A DNA stretch of 61,905 bases. Origin: an uncultured Thermoanaerobaculia bacterium (GTDB lineage: Bacteria; Acidobacteriota; Thermoanaerobaculia; Multivoradales; JAGPDF01). Location: positions 1 through 61,905 of the forward strand of contig CAYZWR010000005.1 in NCBI GenBank assembly GCA_964481735.1, read 5' to 3'. This document shows, piece after piece, positions 43,800 to 54,159 of this stretch. The translations under genes were made by a program, and so were the position numbers. Numbering within the stretch: the first letter of the stretch is position 1; each line of letters starts with the position of its first letter. The notes under the pieces were generated by a model. The model had not been told where the DNA came from, made no database searches, and saw only the letters and a list, made by a program, of their open reading frames with translations.

Positions 43800-46700
43800 T
43801 CAGTCGAAGAGCGGAAAGGCCGGTCCGGCCGCTGGCCAGGGGCGGCGCGACAGCGCCGCGGCGACCAGCCGCAGGCGCGGCGCGTCGGGCAGCTCGCAGG
43901 CCGCCTCGCGGCCGTCGAGCGGCAGGGAGATGCCGAAGAGCGTGGCGGGCCGGCAGGGATCGACGCGGCCACGCCGATGGCGATGCGGCGCCGTGTAGAG
44001 CACCGGCGCAGCGGTGAGATGTCCGGGCCGGACCTGACGCAGGGCGTAGCCCCAGGGCCAACGCCAGGGCTCGTCGAAGCGACCGAGCGGCAGCGACCAG
44101 TCCTGGACGAGGTGGCGGATGGGACGCCCGGCGACCCGGAATTCGACCTCCAGCGCGCCGCCCACCGCCGCTGCGAGGAGCACGAGCGTGGCGTAACCGG
44201 CGGGGACCGCGAAGCGTTGCCCGCGGCAGCGGGTGACGTTCGCGGCGCCCGGCGGCGAGTCCGCGGCGAGCTCGAAGCAAAGCCCGTCGACCCGCAGCTC
44301 GGGGGGGAGGAGCTGCCGGGCGAACGCGTGTCCGCGCCGGTCGAAACCGCCGCCCCGTTCTCCCGGAACGGTGATGCCTCGCAGATCGTGCGGCAGGGAA
44401 GCGAAGGGGGTCGATTCGGCAGGTGGCTCCTCCGGCAGCAACTCGACGCCGAGGGTGGCGAGCCCGAAGGGCGGCAGCGACTGCTCGACGATCTCGGGCC
44501 CGAGCGGGCGACCCGGGCCGATCGGCTGCTCGCGGCCGTCGAGCGGACGGAGGCTCCGCAGCCCTGGAGCGGCGCGGCGCAGTCGCAGCGGAACGCCCCG
44601 GCCGGAGGTCTCCCTGAAGCGCGCCACCAGTCCACGTCCCGCCTCCGCGCCCTTGAGCGCCATGAGCTCGGACCCGGCGTCCATGGACTCGAGCAGGGAG
44701 CAACTGCGGCCCAGGGGCCCTGGCGCGCGCCTCGCCCAGAACGCGGTGAGCGGCAACCGGAAGCGCTCGGCGAGCCGGGCGAGCTCTCCCGGCGCATCCG
44801 GGTCGCGCACGCCGGTGAGGGCGTAGCGGAAACGATGGCGGGCGAAGTCCTGGCGGTGCTGGTAGCGCAGGCGCCGGCCGATCGCCGGGGTGTGCAGCAG
44901 GGTCAGCCGCAAGCGATCCTCGGCCGGGTGATCCCATCCCTGCGCACTCTGCGAGAGGACTCCCAGGCCCTGGCCCTCGGCATCGAGCAGGGCCGCCCAC
45001 TGCTGGGCCGGAACCTCGTAGAGCCGGGAGCTGTTGACCGGTCGTCCGATGGCGCCGACGCCCAGGTCGTAGAGCGCTTCGGGGCTCCGCCAGGGGACCT
45101 GGAACCCCGCCTTGAGGAGCGCCGCGTCGCTTCGCCAGTCGATCTCCTGCGTGACCTCGAGCCAGTCGCCGGAGGCGCCCGCGGCGAGGCTCACCCGCTG
45201 GCGGAAGCGCGATCCTTCGGCACGCCGCACGGTTTCGAAAGTGACGCGCAGGGCACCGGACTCGAGCCGGGTGAGCCGCTCGAGCTCGCCGACGCGGGTC
45301 CGGGGTGCCCGGGCGACGTCGGCGTACTGGATCTCCCAGGCCGGGAAGTAGGTCGACCGATTGGCGAGAATCTCGAGTCCGGCGGGGGCGGCGAGCAGCT
45401 CGCGGGCGAGCCGGAGGTCGTGCAGGGCGGCGACGTCGCCCGCCTCGTCGAGGGTCACGCGGTAGCGCGAGTTGGCGAGCGAGCGCTCCCCGACGATCAG
45501 CTCGGACGCCGAGAGCTCCATCGATCCCTCGCCGGGCCGGGCCTCATAGACGGCGACGCCGAGCGCCGGAACGCGGGCCAGGATCCAGCCCTCCCAGGCG
45601 TCGCGACCACGGTGCCACTGCGCCGGGGCCTCGTGACCTTCCGGGCCGAGGATCCGCGGCGGGCGATCGCCGGGCTCGGCGACCGTCACGGCGACCAGCT
45701 CTTCGCGCGGATAGGGGAGCGGGTTGAAGACCAGCAGCGGGATTCCCTCGGTCCGCGTATCCAAGGCGCCGGCCAGCGCGCCGATCGAGTCGACGGCGAT
45801 GCCGGCGAGCTCGTTGAGCGCCAATGCGAGGTCCTGCGCACCGTACCGGTAGGCCGCCGGAATGCTCGTGCCGGTCAGGTCGTCGTGCATCTGATGGGCG
45901 AGCACGCGCAGCCAGGCTTCGCGCAGGCGGTGCTCGGGATAGGCGCGCCGGCCGGTGACGCGGGCCAGCGACGCGGCGCGTTCGGCGAGGTCGGCGAGCC
46001 GCTCGGCGGCGCGGTGCCAGCGTTTCATCTGGGCGCGCGAGCTGTAGCACCCGGTGGCGTGCACCGAGAGCAGGAGCTCGCCGCGGTACTCCGGCAGGCG
46101 CGCGCGCTCCTCGGGCTGCAGGTCGAGGAAGATGCGCTCCGAGGGTGCCACCCGGACGTCGAGCGGTCCGTCGGAGCGCCGGGCGTGCTCGAGCCACTCG
46201 AGCGTCGCTTCGGGGAGGGCGCCACCCCGGTCTCCGAGGCCCTGATAGGTCTCGAGCAGTGGCGGACGGCCAGCCGAAGCGAGGGCCGCGAAGCGCTGCT
46301 GCCACTCGGGATCGTGGGCCAGGTCGGAGCTCGCTTGCGCGCCGTACTCGCCCGGGTCGAGCACCGCGAGGAGCTCGGAGCCGTCGGGGCCGACCCAACG
46401 TCCGAACGGGAACGGAATGCCATGGGCCGAGCGCATGAGCTCGCCGCGGCGCAGTTTCTGGGTGGAGAATCCGACGATGCCGGCGTGCACGGCGAGCGTG
46501 GGCAGGGCCCATCCGAAGCCGAAGCAATCGGGGAGGAAGAGGTCGCCCCCGCTGGCTCCCAGCTCCAGCTCGAACCAGCGGCGACCGTAGAGAATCTGGC
46601 GCAGGATCGACTCCGGCGCCGGGAGGTTGACGTCGAACGCCTCCCAGGCCGCGCCGGCGGGAAACCAGCGGCCTTCGGCGACCCGTTGCCGCACGATCGC

Positions 46701-46955
46701 GAAGAGCTCGGGAGCGCAGTCGGCGAGCAGCCGGTAGCGGAACGCGCCCTCGAACGACAGGACGTAGCCGGGAAAGCGCGCGAAGCGGCGCTCGTTCGCC
46801 CTCACCGTCTCGGGAAGGAAGCGTCGTGCCGTGTCACGCACCGTCCAGCGCCACTGGGTGTCGAGGTGCGAGAGCGCCACGACGTAGAGCCGCGGACGGG
46901 GAGGTGGCGGAATCGGAACGGCCGCGCAGTCCTGGGGCGGTGGTGGTCGGTTCAC
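43800..46955 (-). CDS. GH38-family alpha-mannosidase
   Basis: 1051 aa. N-terminal [15 protein letters not shown], which carries the GH38 metal-binding H-x-D. Size and central/C-terminal beta-rich regions are consistent with bacterial GH38 enzymes. Confidence 0.85.
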   Translation of the reverse strand: MNRPPPPQDCAAVPIPPPPRPRLYVVALSHLDTQWRWTVRDTARRFLPETVRANERRFARFPGYVLSFEGAFRYRLLADCAPELFAIVRQRVAEGRWFPAGAAWEAFDVNLPAPESILRQILYGRRWFELELGASGGDLFLPDCFGFGWALPTLAVHAGIVGFSTQKLRRGELMRSAHGIPFPFGRWVGPDGSELLAVLDPGEYGAQASSDLAHDPEWQQRFAALASAGRPPLLETYQGLGDRGGALPEATLEWLEHARRSDGPLDVRVAPSERIFLDLQPEERARLPEYRGELLLSVHATGCYSSRAQMKRWHRAAERLADLAERAASLARVTGRRAYPEHRLREAWLRVLAHQMHDDLTGTSIPAAYRYGAQDLALALNELAGIAVDSIGALAGALDTRTEGIPLLVFNPLPYPREELVAVTVAEPGDRPPRILGPEGHEAPAQWHRGRDAWEGWILARVPALGVAVYEARPGEGSMELSASELIVGERSLANSRYRVTLDEAGDVAALHDLRLARELLAAPAGLEILANRSTYFPAWEIQYADVARAPRTRVGELERLTRLESGALRVTFETVRRAEGSRFRQRVSLAAGASGDWLEVTQEIDWRSDAALLKAGFQVPWRSPEALYDLGVGAIGRPVNSSRLYEVPAQQWAALLDAEGQGLGVLSQSAQGWDHPAEDRLRLTLLHTPAIGRRLRYQHRQDFARHRFRYALTGVRDPDAPGELARLAERFRLPLTAFWARRAPGPLGRSCSLLESMDAGSELMALKGAEAGRGLVARFRETSGRGVPLRLRRAAPGLRSLRPLDGREQPIGPGRPLGPEIVEQSLPPFGLATLGVELLPEEPPAESTPFASLPHDLRGITVPGERGGGFDRRGHAFARQLLPPELRVDGLCFELAADSPPGAANVTRCRGQRFAVPAGYATLVLLAAAVGGALEVEFRVAGRPIRHLVQDWSLPLGRFDEPWRWPWGYALRQVRPGHLTAAPVLYTAPHRHRRGRVDPCRPATLFGISLPLDGREAACELPDAPRLRLVAAALSRRPWPAAGPAFPLFD

Positions 46956-46965
46956 GGCAACGGGG

Positions 46966-46971
46966 ATTCTA
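46966..46971 (-). promoter_or_regulatory. -10-like box TAGAAT (minus strand), 10 nt upstream of the GH38 GTG
   Basis: The plus strand reads ATTCTA. No Shine-Dalgarno sequence is present. Confidence 0.35.
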
Positions 46972-46995
46972 CCGGCGACTCACGGAGAGCCCGGC

Positions 46996-47001
46996 TATAC
47001 T
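46996..47001 (+). promoter_or_regulatory. -10-like box TATACT upstream of the sulfurtransferase gene (leadered; SD GGAGGA at 47011-47016)
   Basis: TAnnnT hexamer 24 nt upstream of the ATG at 47026, with a clear Shine-Dalgarno sequence in between. Confidence 0.35.
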
Positions 47002-47025
47002 GAGGCGCGAGGAGGAACCATCGCG

Positions 47026-47889
47026 ATGGGTGATTCGGAATCGCGCGGTTACGCGCATCCCGACGTGCTGGTCTCCACCGCCTGGGTGGCGGAGCGACTG
47101 GCCGACCCGTCCGTGCGGCTGGTGGAGTCGAACGAGGATCCGCTGGTCTACCCCTCGGGCCATCTGCCGGGCGCGGTCGAGATCGACTGGACACGGGACC
47201 TCAACGATCCGCTGCGGCGTGACTATCTCGATCGCGCCGCCTTCGCCGGCCTGATGAGCCGCCACGGCATCACGCGGGACAGCGTGGTCGTCTTCTACGG
47301 CGACAAGAGCAACTGGTGGGCCTGCTACGCCTTCTGGATCTTCCAGCTCTTCGGGCACGGCAGGGCGAAGGTGATGGACGGCGGGCGCGCGAAGTGGGAA
47401 CGCGAAGGGCGACCTCTGACGCGGGCCGTGCCCACTCCGGCGCCGACGGCCTATGTCGCGCCCGAGCGCGACGATCGGCGCCACCGGGCGTTTCGTGATC
47501 AGGTGCTCGAGCACCTGCGGGCGGGCGGCCGACTGGTCGACGTCCGCAGCCCGGAGGAGTTCACCGGCAAGCGTCTCCACATGGAGGCCTATCCCAACGA
47601 AGGGGCCTTGCGTGGCGGGCACATCCCGGGCGCGGCCAACGTGCCCTGGGGCCGGGCGGTGGACTCGACGACCGGCGAGTTCAAGAGCGCCACCGAGCTG
47701 GAGCGGATCTACGTCGAGGAACAAGGGCTACGGGCCGACGAGGAGGTCATTGCCTACTGCCGGATCGGCGAGCGCAGCAGTCACACCTGGTTCGTCCTGA
47801 CCTACCTGCTCGGCTTCCCGCGGGTGCGCAACTACGACGGAAGCTGGACCGAGTGGGGTAACCTGGTGGGCGTTCCGATTGAACGCTGA
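47026..47889 (+). CDS. Thiosulfate/3-mercaptopyruvate sulfurtransferase (tandem rhodanese domains)
   Basis: 287 aa. Active-site loop [11 protein letters not shown] and the typical N-terminal [11 protein letters not shown]. Confidence 0.9.
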   Translation: MGDSESRGYAHPDVLVSTAWVAERLADPSVRLVESNEDPLVYPSGHLPGAVEIDWTRDLNDPLRRDYLDRAAFAGLMSRHGITRDSVVVFYGDKSNWWACYAFWIFQLFGHGRAKVMDGGRAKWEREGRPLTRAVPTPAPTAYVAPERDDRRHRAFRDQVLEHLRAGGRLVDVRSPEEFTGKRLHMEAYPNEGALRGGHIPGAANVPWGRAVDSTTGEFKSATELERIYVEEQGLRADEEVIAYCRIGERSSHTWFVLTYLLGFPRVRNYDGSWTEWGNLVGVPIER

Positions 47890-48340
47890 GCGAGTGATTC
47901 CGCCTCGCCTCGCCGAGTTGGTGGAGACGCTCGAGGGCCTGGAGCGCGCCGAGCGGATCGACTGGCTGATCTCGCTGGCAGAACGCTTCCGTGAGGTCCC
48001 CGAGCGCATCGCGCGGCGGCCGTACCCGGACGAACGCCGGGTGCCGGGCTGCGAGTCCCAGGCCTTCGTCTGGTCGGAGGAGAATCCCGACGGGACGCTC
48101 TCGTTTCATTTCGCGGTGGAGAATCCGCAGGGCATCTCGGCCAAGGCGCTGGCGGTCATCCTGGATCGATCGCTGTCCGGCGAGGCGCTGGAGGCGGTCG
48201 CCGGCGTGCCGGCGGAGATCGTGGAGAGGATCTTCGGCCGCGAGCTCTCGATGGGCAAGTCCCTCGGGCTGGCGGGAATGTTACAGGCGGTGCAGCGCGA
48301 GGCTCGGGCGCGGCGAGGTGTCTCGCCGGCGGTCCGCTGA
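47879..48340 (+). CDS. sufE: SufE-family sulfur acceptor protein
   Basis: [12 protein letters not shown] contains the conserved SufE cysteine. The TTG start overlaps the rhodanese gene by 11 nt; an alternative GTG start lies at 47894. Confidence 0.85.
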   Translation: MNAERVIPPRLAELVETLEGLERAERIDWLISLAERFREVPERIARRPYPDERRVPGCESQAFVWSEENPDGTLSFHFAVENPQGISAKALAVILDRSLSGEALEAVAGVPAEIVERIFGRELSMGKSLGLAGMLQAVQREARARRGVSPAVR

Positions 48341-48380
48341 GCTCGCGGGGGGCATTGAACAGGCAGAGGAGGAGTGGGCG

Positions 48381-49679
48381 ATGATGCGACGGACGGGGAG
48401 CTGGCTGGTGCTGTTCCTGTCGGCGGCTGCGACCTGGGGACAGAGCAGTGCGATCTCACAGGCGCAGCGGGCCCTCGACCGGGGGGACGCCGATGCAGCG
48501 CGCCCAGCGCTCGCGGCCGCGGCCGCGGAGTCGCTGTTCCAATTGGCGCTCGCCGAACGGGGCGACACCCGCCGGGCGACTCTGGAGCAGGCGAGCGCGC
48601 TGGGTGGCAGCGGATCCTGGATCGCCAGGGCGGCGCAGGGAGTCAATCTGCTCGACGAACGCAAGTTCGCGGAGGCGGCCTCGGCGCTGCAGCAGGCGAT
48701 CGCGGTGAACGGCGCCGACAAACGACTGCGCAAGCTCCTCGGCGACGCGCTGCGCGGCGCGGACGATGCCGCCGGTGCGCTCGCCGCCTACCGGGCTGCC
48801 ACCGCCATCGACCCGGCCTATGTCGCGGCGTTGCTCGGCGTCGGCGATCTGCTGCGTCAGCAGGGCGACTTCGGCGGCGCCTTCAATGCCTACAACCACG
48901 CGGTGGACGAGCTCGGACAGCCGGTCGCGGCGCTGGTCGGCCGCGCGACCGCAAGCCTCTATCTCGGAGACAGCGAGAAGGCGCTCGCGGACCTCGAGCG
49001 CGCTGCGTCGCTGCCAGCCTCGGAGGGGGACCGCTCGCGCGCGCTGATGGGCATCGTCTACGTCCGCGCCTACCTGCGGCAACTGCCGCAGGGCCTGGAG
49101 CGGGCCGAGCAGGCGGTCGCCCTCTGGCAACAGGCCGGCCGGGCCGACATGGCGGCGTCGACCGCCAATGCCACGGCCCGGGTGCTCCTCGAAACCGGCC
49201 GGGCGGACGACGCCGAAGCCTGGTACAGCCGCGGCCTGCAGATCGTCGAAGGCTCGGCGATGAAAGCCGAGGAGAAGGCGATCTGGCGCGTCCGGCAGCT
49301 GCACGGCGCGGCGAGAGTCGCGGCGCAACGGCGCGACAGCCGCGCGGCGCAGGCTCTGGCCGACCAGGCGAAGGCCGCCATGGACGCCGACCCGGCGAAC
49401 GCCGACCACTATCGCTGGATCTACCCCTATCTGATCGGGTACATCCGTTGGCAGGACCGCAAGTACAGCGACGCGCTCGAGCAGCTCAACCAGTCGGAGA
49501 CCGAGCGCGCCTACATCGCGTACCTGATCGCCGACTGTCATGCGCGGCTGCGCGATCGCGCGGCGGCGCGCACCTGGTACGAGCGGGCGCTCGCGGCCGC
49601 CGCGGGGCTGGACGCGGAGTCGGTCATCGTGCGGCCTCTGGCGAGCGCCTGGATGGCCAAGAACCCGGCGGGTTCCTAG
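48381..49679 (+). CDS. Secreted TPR-repeat protein
   Basis: ATG 8 nt after GGAGG. Signal peptide MMRRTGSWLVLFLSAAATWG, followed by repeated TPR-like helices. Confidence 0.7.
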   Translation: MMRRTGSWLVLFLSAAATWGQSSAISQAQRALDRGDADAARPALAAAAAESLFQLALAERGDTRRATLEQASALGGSGSWIARAAQGVNLLDERKFAEAASALQQAIAVNGADKRLRKLLGDALRGADDAAGALAAYRAATAIDPAYVAALLGVGDLLRQQGDFGGAFNAYNHAVDELGQPVAALVGRATASLYLGDSEKALADLERAASLPASEGDRSRALMGIVYVRAYLRQLPQGLERAEQAVALWQQAGRADMAASTANATARVLLETGRADDAEAWYSRGLQIVEGSAMKAEEKAIWRVRQLHGAARVAAQRRDSRAAQALADQAKAAMDADPANADHYRWIYPYLIGYIRWQDRKYSDALEQLNQSETERAYIAYLIADCHARLRDRAAARTWYERALAAAAGLDAESVIVRPLASAWMAKNPAGS

Positions 49680-49701
49680 GAGCCGGCGGCGGAGCGCGCG
49701 G

Positions 49702-51378
49702 GTGGCGCCGGAGGGGGAGTCGCGGCGGGGTGGCGGCGCGCTGGCGGTCGGCGCCGGCATCCTGGCCAGCCGGGTCGCCGGCCTGGTCCGCACCAGCGTG
49801 CTCGGCGCTTTCTTCGGCGTCGGACCGCACGCCGACGTCTTCTCGGCTGCCTTGCGGATGCCGAACCTGCTGCAGAACCTGCTCGGCGAGCAGACCCTCT
49901 CGGCCGCCTTCATTCCGATCTACTCGCGCCTCCTCGCCCAGGGACGACGGGAGGAAGCGGGACGCTTCGCCGGCGCGATCCTCGCTCTGCTCCTCGCCGT
50001 GGCGAGCGGCCTCGCGCTCCTCGGCATGCTCGCCGCACGACCGATCGTGGCCCTGCTGGCGAGCGGCTTCCTGCGCGATCGCGCGCTCGTCGCGATCGGT
50101 GCCGCGAGCGTCGACCGCTACGAGCTGGCAGTCGCCGCGGTGCGTTGGATCTTCCCGATGACCGCCGTGCTCGTGCTCTCCGCCTGGGCGCTCGGCGTGC
50201 GCAACAGCCATGGGCGCTTCTTCGTCGCCTACTTCGCTCCCGTGCTCTGGAACGCGGCCATCGTGGCCGCCGTCTGTTGGGTGGCGCTGGGCGAGCGGGC
50301 CGGCGCCGGAGCGGCGGCCGCTTCCGACCGGCTGCTCTTCGCGGCCTGCGCCGGCGCGCTGGTCGGTTCGCTGCTCCAGTTGGCCGTTCAGCTGCCTGTC
50401 GTGGTGCGGGACCTCGAGGGGTTCAGTCTCGCCTGGCGACCGCGCTGGACGCCGGTTCGGGAGGCGCTGGCGGCGTTCGTGCCGACGCTCGCCGGGCGGG
50501 GTGCGGTGCAGCTGGCCTCCTACCTCGACCAGATTCTCGCTTCGTTCCTGGTCGCCGGCGCGGTGAGCGCGCTGGCTTACGCCCAGGTGCTCTACCTGCT
50601 GCCGGTCAGTCTCTTCGGCATGTCGATCGTGGCCGCAGCGCTTCCGGGGCTCTCGCGACTGCACGCGGCAGCTTCGGAAGAGGAGCTCGCCGCTGGCACC
50701 GCGCGAGCTCTCCGTCAATCGGGTTTCCTGAACCTGCCCAGCGCTCTGGCGTATCTCTTGCTGGGCCTTCCGGCGGTGGAAGGGGTGTATCAGCTCTTCG
50801 GGAGGCGGTTCGGAGTGGCTGAGAGCTGGCTCGTCTATCTGGTGCTCGCGACCTACGCCATCGGTCTGCCGGCGGCGACGGCGGCGCGCGTGCTGCAGTC
50901 CGGCTTCTACGCGCGCGGCGACGCTCGCACGCCGGCCCGCATCGCGCTGCTGCGCGTCGGCTGCGGGCTGGTCGTCGGGCTGCCGCTGATGCTGCTGTTC
51001 GATCGCATTCCGCTGACCGGGCTCGCGTCCGCGGGCGGCGGGACGGCCTTGCGCCTGGGCGCCATCGGCCTCGCCGCGGCCGCCAGCCTGGCGGCTTGGT
51101 TGGAGCTCGGCGCGCTCGATCGCGCTGCCCGCCGGCGCTGGAGGGCGCACCGCTGGCCGGCGCGCGAGTTGGGGTTGGACGCGCTGGCCGCCGTCCTGGC
51201 GGCCCTGCCGGCCCTCGGGCTGGCCTTCTCCACGGCCGGGCTGGGCTGGCACCCCACGCTGCGCGCGACGGCTGTCTTCGGGCTCTTCGCCCTGCTCTAC
51301 CTGGGTGCCGGTCTGCTGCGCGGCGCCGAGCCGGCGCGCCAGCTCGTTCACCGAATCACTCGCCGGAGGGCGAGATGA
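49702..51378 (+). CDS. murJ: Lipid II flippase MurJ (MviN family)
   Basis: ILASRVAGLVRTSVLGAFFGVGPHADVFSAALRMPNLLQNLLGEQTLSAAFIPIYS matches the MurJ N-terminus, and the protein has about 14 hydrophobic segments. GTG 49702 is the only in-frame start after the upstream stop. Confidence 0.85.
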   Translation: MAPEGESRRGGGALAVGAGILASRVAGLVRTSVLGAFFGVGPHADVFSAALRMPNLLQNLLGEQTLSAAFIPIYSRLLAQGRREEAGRFAGAILALLLAVASGLALLGMLAARPIVALLASGFLRDRALVAIGAASVDRYELAVAAVRWIFPMTAVLVLSAWALGVRNSHGRFFVAYFAPVLWNAAIVAAVCWVALGERAGAGAAAASDRLLFAACAGALVGSLLQLAVQLPVVVRDLEGFSLAWRPRWTPVREALAAFVPTLAGRGAVQLASYLDQILASFLVAGAVSALAYAQVLYLLPVSLFGMSIVAAALPGLSRLHAAASEEELAAGTARALRQSGFLNLPSALAYLLLGLPAVEGVYQLFGRRFGVAESWLVYLVLATYAIGLPAATAARVLQSGFYARGDARTPARIALLRVGCGLVVGLPLMLLFDRIPLTGLASAGGGTALRLGAIGLAAAASLAAWLELGALDRAARRRWRAHRWPARELGLDALAAVLAALPALGLAFSTAGLGWHPTLRATAVFGLFALLYLGAGLLRGAEPARQLVHRITRRRAR

Positions 51379-52508
51379 GGGGTCGCCGCCGGATCGCGGG
51401 GGCGGCGCTGGGTCTGCTCGGGCTGGCGACGAGCGGTTGCGTCAGCAGCGGGCTCGGGGCGCGGCTCGAGGAGACGCTGCGCGTCGAGGCGGAGCGGCGC
51501 GGGGTCGCGCTGTCGGAGCTGGTCGTGCCCTTCGAGATCGACGAGGAGATGCGGACCTGGGTCAACTCGACCGTGCCGCGCTCGAACGAGCAGGAGACCC
51601 AGCTCAATTGGCTCTTGCAGGCGATCCTGGCGCGCGACGAGCGGCCGCTGCGCTACGAAGCGGGATACACCGGCACCGCTTCCGAGGTCTTCCGCAGCGG
51701 CGTCGCGAATTGCCTCGGCTTCACCCAGATGTTCGTGGCGATGGCCCGCGAGCTCAACCTGCCGGTCTATTTCCTCCGCGTCTCCGACCTGCAGAGCTTC
51801 GAACGGGACGGCGATCTGATCGTCGCCTCGGCGCACATCACGGCGGCCTACGGCACGGCCGACCGGCGGCGCATCCTGGACTTCGCCGAGCGGCCGGTGC
51901 GCGCCTACCGCTGGGTGGACGAGATCAGCGATCTCACGGCGGTCGCGCTCTACTACTCCAACCGGGGTGCCGAGGAGCTGCGGGCCGGCAGCCATCGCGA
52001 GGGCCTTGCTCTGCTCCGGACCGCGGTCAAGCTCGATCCCGAGCTCGCCGAAGCCTGGGTCAATCTGGGGGTGGCCTGGCGCCGGACAGGGGATGTGCAG
52101 GCGGCGGAAGCAGCCTACCGCCAGGCGCTGGAAGTCGATCCTTCGACCGTGACCGCCTATCAGAACCTGGCGGCTCTGCTGCATCTCCTGGGCCGGCATC
52201 GAGAAGCGGAGGACCTGCTCGCCCTCATCGATCGCACCGGCAACCGCAACCCCTTCAGTTACCTCGCTCTCGGCGACCTCTCGTTGAGCCAGGGGCGGAT
52301 CGCGGAGGCCGAGCGCTTCTATCGCCGCGCCCTGCGCCTCGATCCCGAGCAGGCCGAATCGCATGCCGCCCTGGGCGGGTGGGCGGCGGCCGCCGGCAGG
52401 ACGAAGGAAGCGGAGCGCTGGTTGAAGAAGGCCCAGAAGCTCGACGCAACCAACCAGCGGGTGGCGACTCTCGCCCGCCAGCTGGCGGGGTCCGGACACA
52501 AGAGCTGA
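51375..52508 (+). CDS. Lipoprotein with a transglutaminase-like cysteine-protease core and C-terminal TPR repeats
   Basis: Start overlaps the murJ stop (ATGA). Lipobox LATSGC. GVANCLGFTQMFVAMAREL is a transglutaminase-like Cys motif. C-terminal TPR units are present. Confidence 0.7.
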   Translation: MRGRRRIAGAALGLLGLATSGCVSSGLGARLEETLRVEAERRGVALSELVVPFEIDEEMRTWVNSTVPRSNEQETQLNWLLQAILARDERPLRYEAGYTGTASEVFRSGVANCLGFTQMFVAMARELNLPVYFLRVSDLQSFERDGDLIVASAHITAAYGTADRRRILDFAERPVRAYRWVDEISDLTAVALYYSNRGAEELRAGSHREGLALLRTAVKLDPELAEAWVNLGVAWRRTGDVQAAEAAYRQALEVDPSTVTAYQNLAALLHLLGRHREAEDLLALIDRTGNRNPFSYLALGDLSLSQGRIAEAERFYRRALRLDPEQAESHAALGGWAAAAGRTKEAERWLKKAQKLDATNQRVATLARQLAGSGHKS

Positions 52509-52514
52509 TCCGCC

Positions 52515-52991
52515 TCAGTCCGCGACCGGGCCCGCGCTCCGTTGGCGGAGCACTTCGTAGAGCGCCAGAGCGACTGCCGTCGACAGATTGAGCGAGCGGA
52601 CCGCTCCGCTCTCCTGTGGAATGCGCAGCATCCGGTCCGCGTAACGCCGCCGCAGGTCGCGCGGCAGGCCGTCGCTCTCCCGACCGAAGATCAGCGTAAC
52701 CGGCGACGGGTATCGCACGTCCCAGAAGGTGCGCTCGGCTTCGGCGGAGAAGAGGTAGGGCGCTCCGAGTCCGGAGAGGGCCGCCTCGAAACTGCTCCAG
52801 TCCGCCCACTGGCGAGGGCGCACCAGCGGCCAGTAATCGAGTCCGGCCCGGCGGACCCGGGCTTCGTCGAGGGCGAAGCCGAGGGGGCCGATCAGGTGGA
52901 GCTGGGCGCCGGCCGCCAGGCAGGAACGGCCGGCGTTACCGGTGTTCCAGTGGATCTCGGGCGCGACCAGGGCGACGTGGATCTGGGTCAT
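52515..52991 (-). CDS. trmL: tRNA (cytidine/uridine-2'-O)-methyltransferase TrmL (SpoU family)
   Basis: 158 aa with IHVALVAPEIHWNTGNAGRSC and LIFGRESDGLP...IPQESGAVRSLNLSTAVA. Confidence 0.9.
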   Translation of the reverse strand: MTQIHVALVAPEIHWNTGNAGRSCLAAGAQLHLIGPLGFALDEARVRRAGLDYWPLVRPRQWADWSSFEAALSGLGAPYLFSAEAERTFWDVRYPSPVTLIFGRESDGLPRDLRRRYADRMLRIPQESGAVRSLNLSTAVALALYEVLRQRSAGPVAD

Positions 52992-53051
52992 GAAACCTCG
53001 GTCCGTTCAGGGCGTAGTGATGGACGAGCAGTCTCCGGGAGGAGCCGTGAC

Positions 53052-54155
53052 ATGAGCAAGCCGATGAAGTACGTGGTCGGGACGATCGCGGTGGGTGTCA
53101 CCGCCCTCGGCCTGTTCGCCTACACCCGCAACGCCTCCGCCAAGCAGGACGGTCTGAAGGCGGTCGATGTCGTCCGTGGCACCATCGTCGACAAGGCCCT
53201 CGCCGTCGGCCAGATCGTTCCCGATCAGGAGATCCAGGTCAAGTCGCAGATCTCGGGAATCGTCGACAAGTGCTACGTCGAGGTCGGCGACCGGGTCGAG
53301 GTCGGCCAGCCGCTCTTCGCGATCAGTCCCGATCCGACGCCGCTCGAGCTCGCCGACGCGGATCGCCGCGTGCAGCTGGCGCAGGTCGCCTACGACAAGG
53401 CGACGCAGGACCTGGAACGCACTCGCACCCTGTGGAGCGGGGGCATCCTGGCCAAGGACAACTTCGACACCCGGCAGAAGGAGTTCGACCAGGCCCGCAT
53501 CTCGCTCGAGCAGGAGAAGGACAAGCTGGAGCTGCTGCGCGAAGGCCGGATCGTCCGCAAGGTCGGCGGAGTCGATTCGGTGATCCGCGCCTCGGCTGCC
53601 GGCACGGTGCTCGAGCGCAAGGTGAATCCGGGCGATCCGGTCGTCCCGCTGACCACGTTCCAGGATGGCACCGTGTTGATGACCCTGGCCGACATGGGAA
53701 CGCTCGAGTTCCGCGGCACCGTGGACGAGATCGACGTCGGCAAGCTCCACGAAGGCATGGAGGTCCGCATGCAGATCGGGGCGCTCCCGGGCAGCGCCGT
53801 GCTCGGCTCCCTGACGCGCATCGCGCCAAAGGCCCGGGAGAAGGAAGGCGCCACGGTGTTCGACGTCGAGGCGGCGATCGACCCCGCCAAGTCGAGCGTC
53901 ACCCTGCGCGCCGGCTATTCGGCCAACGCGGACATCATCATTCAGGAGAAGCAGGGTGTCCTGCTGGTGCCCGAGCGCCTGGTGACCCTGGAGAAGGACA
54001 AGGCCTCGGTCGAGATCCCGGGCGCGACCCCGGAGGCCGAACCGCAGAAGAAGGAGATCCAGGTGGGGCTCTCGGACGGCCTCAACCTCGAGGTCATCGC
54101 CGGGCTCGCCGAGGGCGACAAGGTGGTCCAACGCCCGGCCAAGGAAGTGGAGTGA
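53052..54155 (+). CDS. Efflux periplasmic adaptor (HlyD/MacA-like membrane fusion protein)
   Basis: N-terminal TM anchor, lipoyl-like motifs G.I....V..GD.V..GQPLF, a coiled-coil hairpin, and beta-barrel and MP domains. Confidence 0.85.
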   Translation: MSKPMKYVVGTIAVGVTALGLFAYTRNASAKQDGLKAVDVVRGTIVDKALAVGQIVPDQEIQVKSQISGIVDKCYVEVGDRVEVGQPLFAISPDPTPLELADADRRVQLAQVAYDKATQDLERTRTLWSGGILAKDNFDTRQKEFDQARISLEQEKDKLELLREGRIVRKVGGVDSVIRASAAGTVLERKVNPGDPVVPLTTFQDGTVLMTLADMGTLEFRGTVDEIDVGKLHEGMEVRMQIGALPGSAVLGSLTRIAPKAREKEGATVFDVEAAIDPAKSSVTLRAGYSANADIIIQEKQGVLLVPERLVTLEKDKASVEIPGATPEAEPQKKEIQVGLSDGLNLEVIAGLAEGDKVVQRPAKEVE

Positions 54156-54159
54156 GGCG

